A stretch of 64,000 nt of DNA from Mustelus asterias (GCF_964213995.1 NW_027590144.1:744001-808000); one strand, 5' to 3'. Counted from the first letter of the stretch, positions 45,750 to 59,686 are shown. Translations and numbers: made by a program. Notes: generated by a model from the sequence alone, not told the origin.

Positions 45750-46691
45750 TAAAAATTCATTTCTCTGGCACGGGGTATGAATTAAGAGGAGCTGAAATAA
45801 CTTCCTGATAGGACACGGGAGATTTTCAAAAACACGGAGAAAATATCCGTCCCTGAGCACAACCAGGTCAATTTCCCGCATCAATTTATATTGACATTGC
45901 CTCTGATAGTCCCTCCTGTCAAATTGGACAACCATACATTCTATTGCGTTAAGTCTGAACCCCCCAAAAATGTTCGATCGAAAGTATTTCATGTAGTTTA
46001 AATTAAATCAAAAGTTTTAATAAACGAACCCACGTCCTCCAAAAAGCTGCCAGCTTGCATGCAGTGCCTTAGGCAGTGACCAACCTTACTGACATAATCA
46101 TTTGTTGACAGATCTGGATTGCCAGTCAACAGAATCAATGGAGTAGGATTGCATCACATGTCCCATTGAGCCTCCTCTACCACTGAATAAGTTCAAGGTG
46201 GGTCTATAGACTAAGTACCGATTTCCAACCCGACCCAATAGCCCTTCATTCCTTTAAGTCTCACGATCTCTCCATCTCATCCGTCAGATATCTCCATCGA
46301 CTGAGAATCCACAGACATGGTTTATGGAGTTACACGGATTCACAAGCCTTTGAGTGAAGAAATGTCTCCTCACCTCAGTCCTAAATGGCTGACGTTATCC
46401 GGAGAATGCGAACCGTTCCAGACGCTTCAGCCAGGAAACAAACAGCCTCCAGCATGTAGATAAAAACACATTACTCTGAGTGCTGAAATCTGAACCAAAA
46501 AAGGAAACTGCTGGATAAAGGCCGCAGGTCTGACAGCAACGGTGGAGCGAGAAGGGAACTACGGCTTCGCGTCTGGATGTATCTAACAATGACACTTGTC
46601 CATGAAAAACAGGTCTATTGTGTTTGTGAACTGAAGTGAGGCAGTGTGTAAACTCATGATAGTCAGCTAATTGCAGCAGCGAATGTCAGCT

Positions 46692-46762
46692 ACCTTGGTC
46701 GTCGAGTGATTATGATTAAGTGTTTTCGCCGTTGCGGCCTGGAATCGAATTTCGGGCAGTTG
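46692..46762 (+). pseudogene. Decayed tRNA-Glu-like remnant
   Basis: accttggtcgtcgagtgattatgattaagtgttttcgccgttgcggcctggaatcgaatttcgggcag. Confidence 0.45.
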
Positions 46763-48296
46763 TATCATACTGGTTTGTACACTATCACAATTAGCTTTTT
46801 CAGCGTCTGTGGCGTGAGAGACAAACTTAATCTTCCAACTAATTGATCTTTCAGCAGAGCTCGAAAATCGGAGATAAAACAGGTGGAAAACAAACCCTTG
46901 GCTATGATCACGAGTGATTCCAGAATAAATGTGCTTTTTGTCACGTTCTAACTCTGTCCCAGTACCACTCAGGACAATAGTTCGCTTATATCATCCATGT
47001 CAATGATTCCTGCTGTTACTGAATACTCTCAGGTTAGGGCGGTCTCTATAAATATAAAGACTCTGTGTTCAAGCCGTAAACCATGTCCCCTCCCCATGTT
47101 ATCTTTAGATCATTTAGTTCTCCAAGCAGTTTCACATTGGTTTACAATCTGTGAGGATTGACATCTATGATGTTTCTGCCTGAGAACTAGCAGCCAGTTT
47201 TGTGTCCTTGAGTACTGTCCCGCAGCTAGCAGTGTACAGGACTTTTTTGCTGAACTACGTCTTTTAACACTTTTACTGCAGATGGTTATTAGTGTGGCTA
47301 CTAACCCCCTTTACGCTGTATCACTGTAACCTTTTCTCTTCTTTCCTCGTCAAGCACGGACACAATGTGTATAAAGACGGCAAAGATTAAGAAAAAATAC
47401 ACTCTATGCCGTAATAGGTTTGTGTTTTCAATATTCATAGAATCAGAGTGAAATTTAGTCAATTGTTTTGGGCAATTTAAATTTATTTTTAGCATGTTCC
47501 AGTATGTAAGATTAATGTCTGGCAGCGGAATTACGGAGTGCAAAAAAGTTTACACACTCCCATTCTGAATGGGGCTAGTGTCTGATAACTGCACCAGATG
47601 TACAAATTACAGTTTGATAGAACACCAATTTCAATCTCCATGTGGTATCCCGCGTGCTGAATGAGGAACAAACTTCCCGTAAAGTATTTGCTAATAAAAC
47701 GGGCGAATGCACCAGCCGAACTCCTGTTGCAAGCTTGAAATGCTGGTAATATTGTTCAGTAGTCACACCTCAGCAACCGGTTCCCAAGCGCAGTTACTGA
47801 GACTCACGACGTCAAACGCATGCAGTAGCTGTGGGTCGCCAACAGTTGGGAATATTGTATCACTTCAACAGTACGACAGTGAAACAGATCTGAGGAGACT
47901 TTTTAGGGGAAATGAAAGCACTGACATCCATATCTATGAAAGTGGAATTCAAAGGGAAATATTGTCCGAGGGTTGTGAATTCATCACTTTCATTGATAGT
48001 TGCATTCCTACTGATGGAATTGAATGTTTGCAAGTAATGATTTCATTACATTCCATTCTCGTTGCTTTTATGAATTCACTGTTTTTATCACCAAGACTTT
48101 GGTAAATATTATTAATCATAGTTGTACAGATATGAAACTGTCCCTCAGATTTCCACACTTCAGCCATTTTTGTTCGAAGTCCCATCTCAAATCCAGTCCA
48201 GTTCTGCTTCGATTCTGGTCGGCGTATGTTAAAAATGTGTTTCCTTATTTGAAATTTCCACCCTCGGACATTTAGTGCCCGAACTCATTCTGACAC

Positions 48297-49043
48297 ATAG
48301 AACAAAGAAAAGAACAAAGAAAATTACAGCACAGGAACAGGCCCTCCAAGCCCGCACCGACCATGCTGCCTAACTTAACTAAAGCCCCTCACCTTTCCGG
48401 GGACCATATCCCTCTCTTCCCATTCTATTTATGTATTTGTCAAGACTCCCCTTAAAAGCCACTACAGTATCCAGTTCCCCTACCTCCCCGGCAGCGAGTT
48501 CCAGGCACCCACCACCCTCTGTGTGTAAACATCTGCCTCGTACATCTTCTTTAAATCTTGCCCCTCGCACCTTAAACTATGCCCCCTAGTAATCGACTCT
48601 CCCACACTGGGAAAAATGCTTCTGTCTACCCACTCTGTCCATGCCTTTCATAATCTTATAGACTTCTAACAGGTCGCCCCTCAACCTCCGTCGCTCCAGT
48701 GGGAACAAACCAAGTTTCTCCCAACTCTCTTCATAGCTAATGCCCTCCATACCAGGCAACATCCTGGTAAATCTTTTCTGTACCCTCTCCAAAGACTCCA
48801 TATTCTTCTGGCAGACTGGCGACCAGAATTCAACACTATGTTCCAACTGCGGCCTAACTAAGGTTATATAAAGCTGCAACATTACTTGCCAATTGTTAAA
48901 CTCAATGCTGAGGCCGATGAAGGCAAGCATGCCATATGCCTTCTTGACTACCTTCTCCACCTGCGTTGCCACTTTCAGTGACCTGTGCACCCACATCCCA
49001 TTGCCTACCAATACACGGAAGGGTTCTGCCATTTACTGTATAA
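48297..49043 (-). mobile_element. 5'-truncated CR1 LINE
   Basis: ORF 48586-49032 is a CR1 RT C-terminus; (aagaaca)n tail on the plus strand; same subfamily as 2114-2864. Confidence 0.95.
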
Positions 49044-49284
49044 TGCTAGAAATTCCATGGGAGTTTTCGAATGATTTACTGGCCACTTCTTTGCATTGTT
49101 AGCAAATTGTACCAAATGCATTGTCGAAAAGAAGAGAACAATATTTCCATTCTGAAAACCCTGCCTTCAAATCGTATTTGCTGAATTATAATCGGACACA
49201 AACGTTCAATTGGAAAACCTTATCGGTATAATATTAGAGGCAGAAATAATCAACTTAAATTTTCCAAGTGTAAAGTCATCAGGA

Positions 49285-50670
49285 GTCTGTGTTGGGATGG
49301 GGCGGCGGTGGAGGGTTCGGGTTGGGTGGATGGTAAAGAGTGGGATGTTGGAGTGGATGGTGGAGGTTTGTTGTTGATTAGAATGGTGGGAGTTTGGGGA
49401 AGGAGTTGCCTGAATGGTGGGGAGATGCAGTGGATGGTGGGAGGGGCGGTGTTGAGTGGGATGGTGGGGGTTTGTGGGAGGAGTTGGAGAGGATGGTGAA
49501 TGTTGGGGAGTTGGAGCGGATGGTGGAGGTGTGATTTGGGTTTGAATGGTGGGTGATTCCGGGAGGTGTTAAGGTGGATAGTGAAGGGTAGGAAGATGGA
49601 ATGCATGGTGGGACTTGCGGGGTTGTCTTGGATGGTGGGAGTTTCATGGAGGAGTTGGAGTGGATCGTGATGGATGGGGAGTTCGAGTGAATGATGGGAG
49701 TTGTGGGGTTGGGTTGGATGGTGGGGGTTTGCGGGAGCAGTTGTGATGAATGGTGAAGTGTGGGAATGTGGATTGGATATTGGGAGGTGTGGGGTCCGGT
49801 TGGATGTTGGGAGTTTGGGGGATGAATTGGGGTGGATGGTGAATTGTGGGGAGTTGGAGTGGATGGTGTGTGGTTGGGTTGGATGGTACTAGTTTGGTGA
49901 CGGGTTCGGGTGAATAGTGAAGGATGTGGAGGTGGAGGGGATGGTTGAAGGTGTGGGGTTAGGTTGGATGATGGGGGCTTGGTGGAGGAGTTGGGGTGGA
50001 TGGTGAATGGTGAGGATTTGGAGTGGATGGTGGAAGGTGTGGGGTTGTGTTTGATGGTGTGAGTTTGGTGTAAGAGTTGGTGTGGATGGTGGAGAGTGTC
50101 GAGTTGGAGTAGATGGCGTGAGGTGTGCGTTGGGTTGGATTGTGGCTTTTGAGTGGAGGAGTTGAGGTGGAAAGTGAAGGGTAGAGAGGTGGACTGGGTA
50201 GTGTGGAGGGTGTGGAGTTGGAGTGCAAGGTTGGATTTGTGCGATTGGGTTAGATGATGGCTGTTGAGTGGAGGAGTGGGGGGTGATAGAGAAGGGTGGG
50301 GAGTTGGAGTGAATGGTAGGAGGCCGTGGGGTTGCGTTGGATGGTGGGCGTTTGGGGGATGAGTTGGGCTGGGTGGTGAAGGGTGGAGAGTTGGGGTCGA
50401 TGGAGGAGGGCGTGGATATGGCATGAATGGTGGATGGTGTCTGGATGGGTTGGATGGTATGAGTTTTTGGCAGGAGTTGGGGTGGATGGTGAAGGGTGGG
50501 GAGCTCGAGTGGAAGGTAGGAGGTGTGAGGTTGGGTTGGATTGGAGGAGTTTAGGGGATGAGTTGGGGTGCATGGTGAATAGCGAGGATTTTGTGTGGAT
50601 GTTGGGGTTTGTGGTATTGTTTGGATGGTAGTTGTTTGGGGGAGGAGTTGGGCTGGATGATGAAGCGTTG
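49285..50670. repeat. ~86-bp G/T-rich minisatellite built from three ggatggtg-initiated subrepeats
   Basis: Unit starts at 49459, 49544, 49630, 49716 and 49802; the plus strand is almost free of C. Confidence 0.85.
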
Positions 50671-50938
50671 ATGGGACTGAGGCCAAAACAGAGTTCTCTT
50701 TCTTTTGGAGCATGGAGGTAGGTTGGAGCTGAAGTAAAATGCTGCATCCAGTGTCCCCCTTCCAAACGAAGAAGGGAATCGATTCTAGAAATCAATGTGT
50801 CCAGTCCGTGCTGAATGCGAGGATCTACCTGACTGAAATCCAGATTAAAATGTTTGGACATTCTTTTTCAAATTTTAAATCCGTCTCCATCGCTTAATCT
50901 GGTTGATGAATGGAAAAGTGACCCCACTGCGAGATGGT

Positions 50939-50944
50939 TTTATT
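50939..50944 (-). promoter_or_regulatory. Candidate polyadenylation signal of the GPCR gene
   Basis: AATAAA on the minus strand ~25 nt after the stop codon. Confidence 0.5.
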
Positions 50945-50969
50945 CAGTTAAGCGAGTTATAATGACTGA

Positions 50970-51880
50970 CTACCAGATCACTGTTTTAATGAACTGCACA
51001 ATTCCAGTAAATGGAAGTTTCACCACATTCTTCAGATCCTCTCTGAATTGTGCCTGGGTCACGGCATAAATGCATGTGTTGGTGCAGCAACTCAGGAGTT
51101 GCAGCATAAATCCCAGTTCCTGCACAAATTGGGGCAAAATTGTACTAATTAATCTGACATGCTCCAATCGGTTACAAAACGAATAGATGAGGAACACTGA
51201 CCATAACAAGATGAAATTTCCCGATATTGCAAACAGTAAGATAATGGATTTCCTTCTCTTTTCTATCTCTGGGTCACTTTGACTTACCCCACTCTTGTGG
51301 CTCCGAAGTCTCCTGCGGACTTTGCTCGACACTGAAATGTGTTTAACGGTTATAACATTGAGCAGCAGAATCAACAAGAATGGAACAAATGGAGTTAAAA
51401 TATAGTGTACAGTTTCAACTGCTGCCCACACTCCTGATGCTGCAACATCAGAATGTACATAACAAAACCAAGGATTATTTGTGAAATAATATGTATCCCC
51501 ACACATGAAGTACCAGAAAGTGTTCTTTACACTGAACACCACACTCACTGTTCCGAGAACCACAGCTGCCGTTTTCTCGGTGCAGTGTTTTATTTTCAGT
51601 TTCTGACAAGCAATGGCCACGAAACGATCAAAGGTGAAAGCGACAGTGAACCAGACAGAACAATCAGTGATTGCGTAAAGTAGGACAGCATGGATATTAC
51701 ACACTCTCATGTGAGCCATGAACCGAAATTGATGAAGAAAACGGATAGGAATTTGTCTCAATATGAGATCCATTATAACGACCAGTAGATCTGCCGTTGA
51801 CATGGAAATTAAGTAACGTGTGACACATTTGGAAAGCCCACACCTTCCTCGTGATAGGATAAGAATCGTCAGTAAGTTCA
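50970..51880 (-). CDS. GPR139/GPR142-like class A orphan GPCR, coding exon 2 (TM1 end to C-terminus)
   Basis: Acceptor ctctcttccttacag; NLLTILILSRGRCGLSKCVTRYL..ADLLV, TM3 SVWFTVAFTFDRFVAI, TM5 PFVPF, TM7 LLSCCTNTCIY; no disruptions. Confidence 0.92.
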
Positions 51881-52487
51881 CTGTAAGGAAGAGAGGCACA
51901 ATTAATTCATATTTCAGACTGAGAACAGGGGCAGCGATCTATCAGGGTCCTGTGGAACATTTGTTGCTTTTTCTTACAGAGTCCAGCCTCAGAACAGAAT
52001 GACTTCACCTGTAACCTTTCTTTCAGCTGGAGACAGAGGTTAAAGGAATAAAACACCACATTAATGTAACAAGAAATACAATTGACCAACAGATGTAATC
52101 TATTTGCTGCCTTGTGCAGAATTTCCCTTTGAGAGATATAATATTTTTGGCTGAAATGCTACACAAACGTGTTTCTGGTGCGAGGCACTGCTGTGTCTGT
52201 GCGAAAAACTGTCCATTTATTCATCTTGGATCAGTTGCTTTGGACTTGCTTGTGAATCGCGAAGCTGGGCTTTGTCACTTCGACGGGAAGTGTCAAACTG
52301 ACAGTCGGGGATGGGGGGTGGGGGGAGTAGCTGGCTGCTTGGTGTCTGGAGAAGAATGGGGGGCTCTTCGGGGCAGGTGCGGAGGGCGGGGGTCGGAGGT
52401 TACTGGAGCAGCTAACGGTGCTTTCATAGTGGGTGGATTACGTGACGGAGCTGCAATAGAGCCTGACTATTCTTGCGAGTTTGTCCA

Positions 52488-52513
52488 TGTGTGTGTGTGT
52501 GTCTATATATGTA

Positions 52514-52547
<34 letters not shown>

Positions 52548-52578
52548 CGCGTGCGTCCGTGTGTGCCTGTGTGTATGT
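52488..52578. repeat. (TG)n/(CG)n microsatellite
   Basis: Directly visible. Confidence 0.9.
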
Positions 52579-54618
52579 CATAGAGTAATAGAGTCAAAGT
52601 GTTTTGCAGCACGGCTATTTGGCCGAATTTGTCCACGCTGCCCAGTTTTTACCATTAACCTGGTACCAAACGGCCCGCATTTGGCCCATATACCTCGACA
52701 CCACTCTGACCCAGGTAACTTTCAAAATGGTTTTTCAAAAACAAAATTGCACCCGCCTCTACAACTCCCTCTGGCAGTTCGTTCCAGACACTCACCGCCC
52801 TCTATGAGAAAAATCGATCCTCTGGACCCTTTTGTATCTCTCCCCTCTCATCGTAATGTTATGCCCTCTCCTTTCAGACTCCCCTACATTTGGGAAAAGA
52901 TGTTCACTATCGACACCATCTATGCCCCTCATTATTTTAGAGACTTCTATTAGATCACCCCTGGCCGGCACAGTGGCACAGTGGTTGGCATTGCTGCCTC
53001 ATAGCGCCATCGACCTGGGTTGGATTCCCAGCTTGTGTCTGTGTGGAATTTGCACATTCTCCCTGTGCCTGTGTGTGTTTCCTCTGGTTGCTCAGGTTTC
53101 CTCACACAGTTCAAAGGTGTGCAGGTTAGGTTGATTGGACATAGTAAATTGCCACGTAGCGTCAGGGGGACTAGCATTGTGAATGCTTGGGGTCACGGGG
53201 ATAGGGGCTGGGTAAGATTGTGTTGGGTACAGACTCGATGGGCAAAATGGCCTCCTCCTGCACTGTAGGGATGCTTTGATATAATACTCCACTGCTCCAG
53301 GGAAGGAAAGTCTATCCACCCTCTGTTAATAACTCAAACCATCAGTTCCCGGTAGGAACAGACTATATTTTCTTCGCATTCTTTCCAACTTAATAGTAAT
53401 TTTTGTGTAATAGGGTGACTATAATTGGACATCATATTACATGTGCGGCGTTACCAATGTTTCGTGCAACTTCAATGAGACGTCCCAACTTCTGCATTCA
53501 ATTTTCTGACCAACGAAACCAAGCATGTCGAGTGCCTTCTTCATCACTCTGTCCACCTGTGACTCCACTTTCGAGGAGATATATGGCATGAGATATATTT
53601 GTTCTGCAACTCTCTCAACGCCCTTCAATTTTCTGGGTACATGCTGCTCAGGTTCGATCTGCGAAAATGCATCACCTCATATTTATCTAAATTAAATTCA
53701 ATCTGCCATTCATCATCCCATTGGCCCAACTGTTCAAGAGCACGTGGCAATCCTAAATAACCTTTACATTGTCAACTGTGTTACCAATTTTACTGCCTTC
53801 TGCAAACGTACTAACCAGGCCTTCTAAATTCTCATCCAAATCAGTAATATAAATGACATATGCCAGTGGACCCATCACAGATCCAGGAGGCACAGCGCTG
53901 GTCACAGGCGTCCAGTTTGAAAAGCAATCTTGTACAATCACCCACTGCCTTCTGTCTTCGAGTTCGTTTTGTATCCAATTGGCTACCTCACCCTGCATCC
54001 ATTGAGATTAAATTTTATGCAACAACCTACCATGCGGTACCCTGCCAATTGCCTTGTTAAAATCCATATCGACATCATCGACTACACTGCCTCCTTCTCT
54101 ATAATATGTGCACTCCGCAAGACATCCTATTTATTTCCCCAAGTTTCCTGACATCCATGCCTTTCTCAGCAGCAAATACTGATGAGAAATATTCATTTAG
54201 GATCTCACCCATCTCTTGTGGATCCGCACATAGATGACCTTGTTTATCCTTAAGAGGCCCTATTATCTCCTCAGTCATTCTTTTGCACGTTGTGTGTTTG
54301 TAGAAGCTCCATGGATTCCCCTTGACGTTATCTGCCAAAGCAATCTCGTGTCCCTTTTTTATTCTCCTGATTTCTCTCTTAAGTTTACCCCAACACCCTC
54401 TATACAATTCAAGGGATCCAGTTGACCCCAGTTGCCTATGCTTTTTGCTTCTTGACCAGGGCCTCAGTATCCCAAGTCATCCAGGATTCCCTATTTCTAC
54501 CAGCCTTGCTCTTCACCCTAAAAGGAATGTGTTTACCCTGAACATTTGTTCACACACTGTTTAAAGACTTCCACTTACCAGACGTCAATTTGCCTGCCAA
54601 TAGACCCCCCCAATCTAG
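52579..54618 (-). mobile_element. Decayed CR1 LINE in the GPCR intron
   Basis: Minus-strand remnants IQGEVANWIQN..VPPGSVMGP and IGPLKDKQGHLC..MGEILNEYFSSVF. Confidence 0.88.
52962..53272 (+). mobile_element. HE1-type SINE nested in CR1
   Basis: ggcacagtggcacagtggttggcattgctgcctc...gatgggcaaaatggcctcc. Confidence 0.88.
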
Positions 54619-54884
54619 AGATTGATTGTGCATTTGTGGGAGACGTTGTGCGTGAACGCGAGAGTATGTGCCAGATTGTTTTTAAGAATTGTGCGTGTGT
54701 GAGAGATTGTTTGTGAGAGAGAGTGATTGCGTGGGAGATATATATATACGTATCATGATAGAGGAATAGAGTGGGGTTGTGTATGAGAGAGAGTTGTTGT
54801 GTGTATTTTTGTGGTGGGAAGTGGTTTCACTTCCAGCATCAGATTTCATACAGCCTCACTGCCACGCACCAATACGCTCACATT

Positions 54885-55070
54885 TCAGTGTTTCCTCCCA
54901 CAATCCGAAAGACATGTTGATTCGGTGCATTGGCCATGCTAACTTCTCCCTCAGTGTACACAAACAGGCGCCGGAATGTGGTGACTAGGGGATTTTCACA
55001 GTACCTTCATTGTAATGTTAATATAATTCTACTTGTGACACGAATAAATAAACTTAAAACTTAAATAAAC
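54885..55070 (+). mobile_element. SINE 3' part with the aataaataaa tail type
   Basis: Same tail as at 14485-14752. Confidence 0.75.
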
Positions 55071-56527
55071 TATTCCTCCTGAGACCTGAGCCATCATAGC
55101 GAACGTTGTACAGCTAACCCATTTCCCTTCGCATGATGCTTAGACGAATTTGAACGAATTGGGAACAGGGAAAGTTGTTGACCCTGACAATTGGCCAGTT
55201 TGAGAGCTGTCGACCTGCACAGCAGATCAAGTCGCTCCTTAAGGCTACCTGTTCAGTTGCTGTGAAATGAAAGTGATGAAACCTGACATAAAGTCAACCA
55301 TCAACATGTATTAAGGATAAATGGAAAATTGTATCTGTGGGACATTGAGAGAAGCCGATATTACATCTCAAATATTATACAGCCGTTAGAAGATAATGCA
55401 AAAATATAACTTTTGCATTAAAGAGCGACACAGAAATGGCGTTACGAACGATCATTAAATAAAACAGTATCATATTTCACAGACTTATAATACCGTTTCA
55501 AATCTGTCTCATTTGAAACAGCGCGAGCAGAAATTTCCACATTAAATTCACCCTGAGAGGACATAGCTTGAATTATATTTTGATTCATTGTTTAGCACTG
55601 AGATGGTACATTTGATAAGAACATTACTTTGATTCTCAGAGTTTACAGACATCACTTGTTGGAACGTCATAAACATAACGGGACATCTAAATGCACTATC
55701 CAATCAGCAGTAGGATATCTATTGAATTTCGGATGCCCTGTGAACTCATGGGTAAATCAGACCGATTATCTCGTATGAACACAGTGTATTGTTTACAGGC
55801 CTAGTAACAGTTCAAACTTTGATCACTACTTCTAATCCACAGCTAATGTGGAATCACAATACATCTCAACAGCCATAAATGCGAGATCAGAATAATGCAA
55901 TCGATCACATCTCCATATTCGCTTTGCATTGTCCTGACATGTTACATTGTTCGCTTAAGCTCTTTCAGTCCATTTATTCCTACACAGACGGTGGACAAGA
56001 CAAGCCAAAACCATCGCCTGGTGAGTTGCTGCATTAACACAGTCCTCCCGTTACTCAGTTATGCCCTCGACCTGAGTAATCACATTCCTCTCTGCTCCCA
56101 AATAAGTGTGGAATTTGCAGATAGTCGAACCATATATTGTTAAAAATATATTTCTGAGCTCATTAAATTATTGTTGGCATGGCAGAGGAACAAGAGATAA
56201 TTAGAAATATAAATTAAATTTGTTCTTTCTCAACTGGACATTTAAAATAATACGAATCGGGTAATCAAGGTGAGTCAGAAAATTGCCAGGCGATTTTCAC
56301 ATGCAGTGTGAATGGTGAGAAGCGAATAGGCCTGAAGCTTTACCCAGACTTCAATAATTCACAAATCAAATTATGAATTTAGCAACTTATTTTTGAGAGG
56401 TAGCAACACCATGAAGGTCCGCATTGATGTTGTTATCATGGGAACAGCCTAGAAGAAGGATAACCCAGAGTCAAAACGTTTCCTCTATTCTTTCTCAACA
56501 GATGCTGGCAGACCAGACCAGTTTTGT

Positions 56528-59500
56528 TAGAACATAGAACATAGAACATTACAGCGCAGTACAGGCTCTTCGGCCCTCGATGTTGCGCCGACCAGTGGAA
56601 CCAACCTAAACCCTTTCTAATCTACACGCTTCCAATATAATTTGCCACTCAAGTGGATAGAGCAGTGAAGAATGCCTATAGTGTGTTAGCTTTTATTAAC
56701 AGGGGGTTGGAGTTTAAGAGCCGTGGGGTTATGCTGCAACTGTACAGGACCTTGGTGAGGCCACATTTGGAATATTGTGTGCAGTTCTGGTCACCTCACT
56801 ATAAGAAGGATGTGGAAGCGCTGGAAAGAGTGCAGAGGAGATTTACCAGGATGCTGCCAGGTTTGGAGGGTAGGTCTTATGAGGAAAGGTTGAGGGAGCT
56901 AGGGCTGTTCTCTCTGGAGCGGAGGAGGCTGAAGGGAGACTTAATAGAGGTTTATAAAATGATGAAGGGGATAGATAGAGTGAACGTTCAAAGACTATTT
57001 CCTCGGGTGGATGGAGCTATTACAAGGGGGCATAACTATACGGTTCATGGTGGGAGATATAGGAAGGATATCAGAGGTAGGTGTTTTACGCAGAGAGTGG
57101 TTGGGGTGTGGAATGGACTGCCTGCAGTGATAGTGGAGTCAGACACTTTAGGAACATTTAAGCGGTTATTGGATAGGCACATGGAGCACACCAGGATGAT
57201 AGGGAGTGGGATAGCTTGATCTTGGTTTCAGATAAAGCTCGGCACAACATCGTGGGCCGAAGGGCCTGTTCTGTGCTGTACTGTTCTATGTTCTATGTTC
57301 CATCCATATGTTTATCCAATAACCATTTGAATGCCCTTAATGTTGACGAGTCCACTGCGGCTGCAGGCAATGCATTCCACGCCCTTACTACTCTCTGAGT
57401 AAAGAACCTACCTCTGACATCTGTCCTATTTCTCTCACCCCTCAATTTAAGGCTATGTCCTCTCTTGCTAGCCAACACCATCCGAGGAAAAAGGCTCTCA
57501 CTATCCACCCTATCTAACCCTCTGATCATCTTGTATGCCTCTATTAAGTCACCTTTTAACCTTCTTCTCTCTAACGAAAACAACCTCAAGCCCCTCAGCC
57601 TTTCTTCATACGATTTTCCCTCCATACCAGGCAACATCCTGGTAAATCTCCTCTGCACCCTTTCCAACACTTCCACATCTTTCCTACAATATGGCAACCA
57701 GAACTGTATGCAATACTCCAAATGCGGCTGCACCAAAGTTTTGTACAGTTGCAGCATGACCTCCTGGCTCCGAAACTCAATCCCTCTACCAATAAAAGCT
57801 AACACACCATACACCTTCTTAACAACCCTATCAACCTGGGTGCCAACTTTCAGGGATCTATGCACATGGACACCCAGATCTCTCTGTTCATCCACACTAC
57901 CAAGTATCTTACCATTATCCCAGTACTCTGTATTCCTGTTACTTCTTCCAAAGTGAATCACCTCACACTTTTCCGCATTAAACTCCATTTGCCACCTCTC
58001 AGCCCAGCCCTGCAGCTTATCTATGCCCCTCTGTACCTTGCCACTTCCCTCCGCACTGTCTACAACTCCACCGACTTTAGTGTCATCCGCAAATTTACTA
58101 ATCCATCCTTCAACGCCCTCATCCAGGTCATTAATAAAAATGACAAACAGCAGTGGCCCCAAAACAGATTCTTGCGGTACACCACGAGTAACTGAACTCC
58201 AGGATGAAAATTTCCCATCAACCACCACCCTCTGTTTTCTTACAGCAAGCCAATTCCGGATCCAAACCACTAAATCACCCTCAATCCCATGTGTCCGTAG
58301 TTTCTGCAATAGCTTAACGTGGGGAACCTTCTCAAACGCTTTGCTGAAATCCATATACACCACATCAACCGCTTTACCGTCATCTACCTCTTTGGTCACC
58401 TTCTCAAAGAACTGAACAAGGTTTGTGAGGCACGACCTACCTTTCACAAAACCAAAATCAAATTATTCCTTTCCAGGTCATTATAAATCCTTTCTCTTGT
58501 AATCCTTTCCAATACTTTCCCCACAACAGAAGTAAGGCTCACCGGTCTATAATTACCAGGGTTGTCCCTACTCCCCTTCTTGAACAAGGGGACAACATTT
58601 GGTATCCTCCAGTCTTCTGGAACTGTTCCTGGAGACAACGATGATGCAAAGATCAAAGCCAAAGGCTCTGCAATCTCCTTTCTAGCATCACAGAGAATCC
58701 GAGAATAAATCTTATCCGGCCCAGGGGACTTATCTATTTTTACCCTTTCCAGAATTGCTAACACCTCCTCCTTATGAACATCAATCCCATCAGTCCAACA
58801 GCCTGCATCTCAGTACTCCCCTCGACAACACTGTCCCTCTCCAGTGTGAATACCGACGAAAAATATTCATTTAGTGCCTCTCCTATCTCTTCAGACTCCA
58901 CGCACAACTTCCCACTACTGTCCTTGACTGGCCCTAATCTTACCCTCGTCATTCTTTTACTCCTGACATACCTATAGAAAGCTTTAGGGTTTTCCTTGAT
59001 CCTACCTGCCAAGGACTTCTCATGTCCCCTCCTGGCTCTTCCTAACTCTTCCTGTAGGTCCTTCCTGGCTAACCTGTAACTCTCAAGTGCCCTAACTGAG
59101 CCTTCACGTCTCATCTGAACATAAGTCTCCTTCTTCCGCTTCACAAGAGATTCAACCACCTTAGGAAACCACGGTTCCCTCACACGTCTGCTTCCTCCCT
59201 GCCTTACAGGGACATATTTATCAAGGACGTGTAGTAGCTGTTCCTTGAACAAGTGCCACATGACAATTGTGCCCATCCCCTGCAGTTTCCTTCCCCAACC
59301 TATGCCAGCTAAATCTCGCCTCATCGCATCACAATTTCCTTTCCTCCTGCTCTAACTCTTGCCCTTTCCTTTTCCATTGCTAAGGTAAACGTAATCGAAT
59401 TGTGTTTACTGTCACCAAAGTGCTCACTTACCTCCAAATCTAACACCTGGCCTGGTTCATTACCCAGTACCAAATCCAATGTGGCCTCGCCTCTTATTGG

Positions 59501-59686
59501 TCTATCTACATACTGCGTCAGGAAGCCTTCCTGCACACATTGGACAAAAACCGACCCCTCTAAAGTATTCGAACAATAGCTTTTCCAGTCAATATTTGTA
59601 AAGTTAAAGTCCCCCAGTACAACAACCTGTTACTTTCGCTCCGATCCAGAATCATCTTTGCAATCTTTTCCTCTACATCACTTGGT
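56528..59686 (-). mobile_element. CR1 LINE (part of the endonuclease plus RT), host of an antisense CR1 insertion
   Basis: ORFs 59321-59536 (FLTQYVDRP.R.EATLDLVL), 58758-59324, 58444-58764 and 57293-58447; (agaacat)n tail at 56528. Confidence 0.95.
56643..57300 (+). mobile_element. Young CR1 3' fragment nested antisense in another CR1
   Basis: ORF 56653-57219; same subfamily as 27370-28007. Confidence 0.95.

Noticed and set aside
47707-48105. ORF faintly resembling a TCR gamma V (LRRLF...ESGI)
   Set aside because: No conserved Trp, YYC or RSS.
49250-50861. Long Pro/His/Thr-rich ORFs
   Set aside because: Artefacts of the C-rich strand of the minisatellite.
52114-52953. 279-aa ORF
   Set aside because: Runs through a microsatellite and the antisense of a CR1; no domain signature.
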